Assembly (NCBI RefSeq): GCF_003334255.1
Contig: NZ_QOWU01000037.1
Origin: Escherichia coli
GTDB lineage: Bacteria > Pseudomonadota > Gammaproteobacteria > Enterobacterales > Enterobacteriaceae
Length of the DNA: 51,502 nt
Direction: 5' to 3' (one strand)
Part shown: positions 47,960-51,502 of the stretch, piece after piece
Layout: each line of letters begins with the position of its first letter
Numbering within the stretch: position 1 is the first letter of the stretch
The notes under the pieces: generated by a model
The model's database searches: none
What the model was told of the DNA's origin: nothing
Seen by the model: only the letters and a program-made list of their open reading frames with translations
Program-made: the position numbers and the translations under genes

Positions 47960-48358
47960 TCAAAAACGCATGCGAAACGCTTCTGCCATTTTCCCAATTT
48001 TATGCATTTGGTTGTTATCTCGAGCCAGTTTATGAGGTTCAGGTTTCAGAATGGCAATGAGCAACCATGCTTGCTCATCAAACGCCCCCTGACAATATAC
48101 CAAATGCGCTTCGTCATTCGTTCTGCTGAATTGGCGCAACTGTGGCGGAAATGGATTATTCTCATTTGCCAGATGAATATGAGCAACTCGCTCAAATTTG
48201 ATTAATGGCCAGGTAAAGGAGTCGTCGTAGAGTGCATCGCGACCAAATATATCTGGCAAAACACCGTCACGCTTATAGGAAATAAAATCCGCCGTTAACG
48301 CATCAAGTTCCTCTGCTGTAAGTTGCAGGCGAATAAGTTTTGTTTTGAATACCCGCAT
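47960..48358 (-). CDS. yafO: YafO ribosome-dependent mRNA interferase toxin
   Basis: MRVFKTKLIRLQLTAEELDALTADFISYKRDG..., 132 aa. Confidence 0.9.
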   Translation of the reverse strand: MRVFKTKLIRLQLTAEELDALTADFISYKRDGVLPDIFGRDALYDDSFTWPLIKFERVAHIHLANENNPFPPQLRQFSRTNDEAHLVYCQGAFDEQAWLLIAILKPEPHKLARDNNQMHKIGKMAEAFRMRF

Positions 48359-48360
48359 CC

Positions 48361-48654
48361 TTATTCCTTAAAGTCATTGAAATCATCATCCGTCATATCA
48401 TTAAGATATTGTTCAGCGCGGCGTGTAATTTCCTCTAATCTTGCAGCACTTGGACGGAAGCGCGCCTTTATGGGCTTTTTCTCCTCTTGTTCAGCAAGCA
48501 TGTCCATTAACGCTTCGAATGCGCTGGCACTTAAGAGATATCCTGCGGGGCGATTATTAGAAAGAACCGCAACCGGTTGATCAATAAAGTATTTAGCTGG
48601 GTTTTTACGTAACTCAGTGATATTGACCGATTTTTCAGCGAGAATTCGATGCAT
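48361..48654 (-). CDS. yafN: YafN antitoxin (Phd/YefM family)
   Basis: MHRILAEKSVNITELRKNPAKYFIDQPVAVLSNNRPAGYLLS..., 97 aa. Confidence 0.9.
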   Translation of the reverse strand: MHRILAEKSVNITELRKNPAKYFIDQPVAVLSNNRPAGYLLSASAFEALMDMLAEQEEKKPIKARFRPSAARLEEITRRAEQYLNDMTDDDFNDFKE

Positions 48655-48705
48655 ACAGTGATACCCTCATAATAATGCACACCAGAATATACATAATAGT
48701 ATACA

Positions 48706-49758
48706 TCATAATCCCAGCACCAGTTGTCTTTCCATTTGCGGGTCAAGCAACGTCACATGCAGCCCCACCAGACGCACACCGCGCCCGCCGCGGCGTTCAT
48801 CCCAGGTTTTACGCGCGGTGGCGATTAGATCAGCTTTATTCAGCCGCGGCCAGACGTGCTCCTGGGTGGTTTGCTGAAAATCGTCGAACTTTAATTTCAC
48901 CCCCTGGCGAGCAATCAGTAAATCAGGTTTTACCTTTGCCAGACGGCGTTCAAGTTCCGGATACAGCCGCTCGATAATCGCTTCACATTCAGACCAGTGA
49001 TGAATATCTTCCGCCATCGTGCGTTCCACGCCGACGGATTTTCGCAACCGTTCGCTGTTAACATCGCGTTCGTCAATCCCCTGACTACGCTCCCACAAAA
49101 TGCGGCCAAATTTGCCAAAGCGTTTAAGCAGCATCACCAGATCACACTTTTGTACATCACCGCAGGTCCGCAGCCCCATCGCTTCCAGTTTTGCCGCTGA
49201 GACTTTGCCGACGCCGGGGATTTTTGCCAGCGGTAAGGTTTGTAAAAATGCCGGAACTTCTGCCGGCGTAATCACAAACTGGCCGTTGGGTTTATTCATG
49301 TCGGAGGCGATTTTGGCGAGAAACTTTACTGGTGCCACGCCCGCAGACGCCGTCAGTTGCAGCTCGTTGAAGATTGTCTGGCGGATTTCCTGGGCGATGA
49401 GGGTCGCAGAACCGTGGCAATGGACGCTATCGGTGACATCGAGATAAGCCTCATCCAGTGACAACGGTTCAATGCGCGAGGTGTAGCGCGAGAAGATTTC
49501 ACGGATATGATTTGAGGCTTCTTTGTAGGCGTCAAAGCGCCCCGGAAGCAAGGTGAGATGTGGGCATAATTTGAGCGCCATCCCTGTCGGCATAGCGCTA
49601 CGTACGCCAAATTTACGCGCGGGATAATTGGCGGTGCTGATCACCCCCCGACGTTCGCGGCTGCCGCCAATAGCAATAGGGATATCGCGCAGGGCGGGAT
49701 TGTCGCGCATCTCCACTGCGGCGAAAAAGCAGTCCATATCCACATGAATAATCTTCAC
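48706..49758 (-). CDS. dinB: DNA polymerase IV (start uncertain: GTG 49758 or GTG 49770, no ATG)
   Basis: ..[31 protein letters not shown]... through ...[14 protein letters not shown] matches K-12 DinB as recalled, except for the first 2-3 codons. Confidence 0.93.
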   Translation of the reverse strand: MKIIHVDMDCFFAAVEMRDNPALRDIPIAIGGSRERRGVISTANYPARKFGVRSAMPTGMALKLCPHLTLLPGRFDAYKEASNHIREIFSRYTSRIEPLSLDEAYLDVTDSVHCHGSATLIAQEIRQTIFNELQLTASAGVAPVKFLAKIASDMNKPNGQFVITPAEVPAFLQTLPLAKIPGVGKVSAAKLEAMGLRTCGDVQKCDLVMLLKRFGKFGRILWERSQGIDERDVNSERLRKSVGVERTMAEDIHHWSECEAIIERLYPELERRLAKVKPDLLIARQGVKLKFDDFQQTTQEHVWPRLNKADLIATARKTWDERRGGRGVRLVGLHVTLLDPQMERQLVLGL

Positions 49759-49771
49759 TTTCTTATGCACC

Positions 49772-49787
49772 CTGTGGATTTATACAT
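49772..49787. promoter_or_regulatory. Candidate LexA (SOS) box upstream of dinB
   Basis: CTGTggatttatACAT matches 7 of the 8 conserved positions of CTGT-N8-ACAG. It ends 2 nt upstream of GTG 49770 and 14 nt upstream of GTG 49758. Confidence 0.4.
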
Positions 49788-49816
49788 ATAAAGAGATTAT
49801 ACACACAAAAGCAAAA

Positions 49817-50587
49817 TCAGTAAGTGCCGCGTTTATTCGGATTCACGCTAAACTTCCGTAAAGCATTACCCGACTTAAGCACCTTTGAAGCTTGCTCATT
49901 AGCTGAGGCTGTGAAGGTGCTTTTTCCATTCTCAACTTTGACACTTTTACCACAATTGATACGGGCTTGAAGTTGCTCATTAGTGAGTTCACTCGTAGAG
50001 CGATTATATAACTCCTGACACAGCAACATACCATTACCTAAACTTGTTGTAGTGTTACCTGTATTCTTCTTAGAAGTTGCACCACCATCATTCGTGGTAG
50101 CTGTTTTGCCAGTAGCTGCTGAGACATCAGTTTGTCCTACGATTGAACGAAACTCTACACCTTGGAAGGTCATCTGAATACGAAGACCGTTAGCAATGGT
50201 ATGCTCTTTACTCGCTTTAAACTGAGTAATGATACTATCAGTGATAGCTATTCCATCTCTACAAACAATAGTGATGATTTGCTTCTGGTCTCGCCATTGT
50301 TCAACCGTAGAAATAAAGGTTTCTACAAGTTGCCCCTGTCTGGTTAATAGAACTGAACCCGTCGAATCAACCACTACAACACCGCTAATAGAGATGGTCT
50401 TAGGTGCTCTCTGAACATTATCAGTGATAGTTTGCCCCGATTGCATAGCCTGAGTTGTCACCATCATCGGTGAGTCATAGTCCATCTGTTCAGTAGCTGT
50501 TAAGGCAAGAAAAGATTCTACATTATCTCTAAGGTGAAAATAGATACCATCTTTACCTGAGTATCTAATTTGCTTTGTGTCAAACAT
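49817..50587 (-). CDS. Low-GC orphan protein; N-terminal domain resembles phage tail-hub / DNA-circulation-N-like folds, then a Thr/Asn/Gly linker and a small C-terminal domain
   Basis: 256 aa. The pattern ..[25 protein letters not shown].. parallels the ..HEYPNRDKPYTEDLGKITFRPSITAYVVGD.. logic of the Mu gpN-like protein at 7437-8813. The similarity is weak and judged by eye only. Confidence 0.5.
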   Translation of the reverse strand: MFDTKQIRYSGKDGIYFHLRDNVESFLALTATEQMDYDSPMMVTTQAMQSGQTITDNVQRAPKTISISGVVVVDSTGSVLLTRQGQLVETFISTVEQWRDQKQIITIVCRDGIAITDSIITQFKASKEHTIANGLRIQMTFQGVEFRSIVGQTDVSAATGKTATTNDGGATSKKNTGNTTTSLGNGMLLCQELYNRSTSELTNEQLQARINCGKSVKVENGKSTFTASANEQASKVLKSGNALRKFSVNPNKRGTY

Positions 50588-50684
50588 TGTTGTTATTCCT
50601 ATTCTGTTAAGCGTGAGCTACGTGAAATCTTGAACCGCCCCGGAAATCCTGGAGACTAAACTCCCTGAGAAAGAGGTAAACAGG

Positions 50685-51011
50685 ATGACTAAAAATACTC
50701 GTTTTTCCCCCGAAGTCCGTCAGCGGGCGATTCGTATGGTTCTGGAAAGTCAGGATGAATATGACTCACAGTGGGCGGCAATTTGTTCCATTGCCCCAAA
50801 GATTGGCTGTACGCCGGAGACTCTGCGTGTCTGGGTTCGCCAGCATGAGCGGGATACCGGGGGCGGTGATGGAGGGCTCACCACCGCTGAACGTCAGCGT
50901 CTGAAAGAGCTGGAACGTGAAAATCGTGAACTGCGCCGCAGTAACGATATCCTTCGCCAGGCTTCCGCTTATTTTGCGAAGGCGGAGTTCGACCGCCTCT
51001 GGAAAAAATGA
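50685..51011 (+). CDS. IS629 OrfA (HTH transposase subunit)
   Basis: [105 protein letters not shown]. Confidence 0.9.
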   Translation: MTKNTRFSPEVRQRAIRMVLESQDEYDSQWAAICSIAPKIGCTPETLRVWVRQHERDTGGGDGGLTTAERQRLKELERENRELRRSNDILRQASAYFAKAEFDRLWKK

Positions 51012-51425
51012 TGCCACTGCTGGATAAGCTGCGTGAGCAGTACGGGGTCGGACCGGTATGCAGCGAACTGCATATTGCCCCGTCAACGTATTACCATTGT
51101 CAGCAACAGCGACATCATCCGGATAAACGCAGTGCCCGTGCGCAGCACGATGACTGGCTGAAGAGAGAGATACAGCGCGTATACGATGAAAATCATCAGG
51201 TGTACGGTGTGCGTAAAGTCTGGCGTCAGTTGTTACGGGAAGGAATCAGGGTGGCCAGATGTACAGTGGCGCGCCTCATGGCGGTTATGGGACTTGCCGG
51301 TGTTCTCCGGGGTAAAAAGGTCCGCACTACCGTCAGCCGGAAAACCGTTGCCACAGGTGACCGCGTAAACCGTCAGTTCGTGGCAGAACGTCCTGACCAG
51401 CTGTGGGTGGCTGATTTTACTTACG
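51008..51425 (+). pseudogene. IS629 OrfB (DDE transposase), truncated before the catalytic core
   Basis: [46 protein letters not shown]... The native continuation VSTWQGF is replaced by unrelated sequence from 51426. Confidence 0.8.
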
Positions 51426-51502
51426 GTGTGCCCGGAGTTCAGGGCGGGCATGGATGCTTAAATGAACCGCGAGTCTGTCTGGAATATTGAACCGGTAACT
51501 CA

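Larger units (their letters stand above)
50631..51425 (+). mobile_element. IS629 (IS3 family), 3'-truncated copy
   Basis: Left inverted repeat tgaaccgccccgg... at 50631. OrfA and the first roughly 139 aa of OrfB match IS629/IS1203 as recalled. Similarity ends after ..ADFTY. Confidence 0.85.

Overview
E. coli-type chromosome. Positions 1-38488 are most of a mosaic temperate prophage inserted at tRNA-Thr thrW. Positions 38489-49770 are the conserved backbone thrW-proA-proB-phoE-crl-frsA-gpt-pepD-prfH'-ykfJ'-yafP-yafO-yafN-dinB. Positions 49771-51502 hold a low-GC orphan ORF and a truncated IS629. The prophage has an SfV-like layout. Reading from thrW leftwards: P22-type int/xis; lambda-identical Red genes (gam/bet/exo); a novel immunity region (S24 repressor, Cro/YdaS-like, YdaT-like); a lambda-type O (with iterons), P and Ren; a nin region (Ea22-like, ybcN, ninE, ybcO, rusA, ylcG); a DLP12/phage-21-type Q, porin moron, pinholin, SAR endolysin, Rz/Rz1 and bor; HNH plus P27-type TerS/TerL; an HK97-type portal, protease and capsid; and a Mu-type contractile tail and baseplate. 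At the far left are a tail-fibre gene controlled by a Pin/Gin-family invertase and a GIY-YIG cargo gene. The prophage left end is outside the window. Items most worth follow-up: (1) the invertible fibre switch with both crossover sites mapped, whose expressed tip is a poly-glycine-motif domain; (2) the AT-rich GIY-YIG cargo gene preceded by an unexplained GC-rich structured segment; (3) early operons with intrinsic terminators and a consensus boxA but no recognisable N gene or boxB, plus a highly structured pL leader; (4) an AT-rich membrane-protein moron in the nin region; (5) a similarity break exactly at the dinB start codon next to an orphan tail-hub-like ORF and IS629. All homology statements come from reading the translations and from memory of reference proteins. 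No database search was run.
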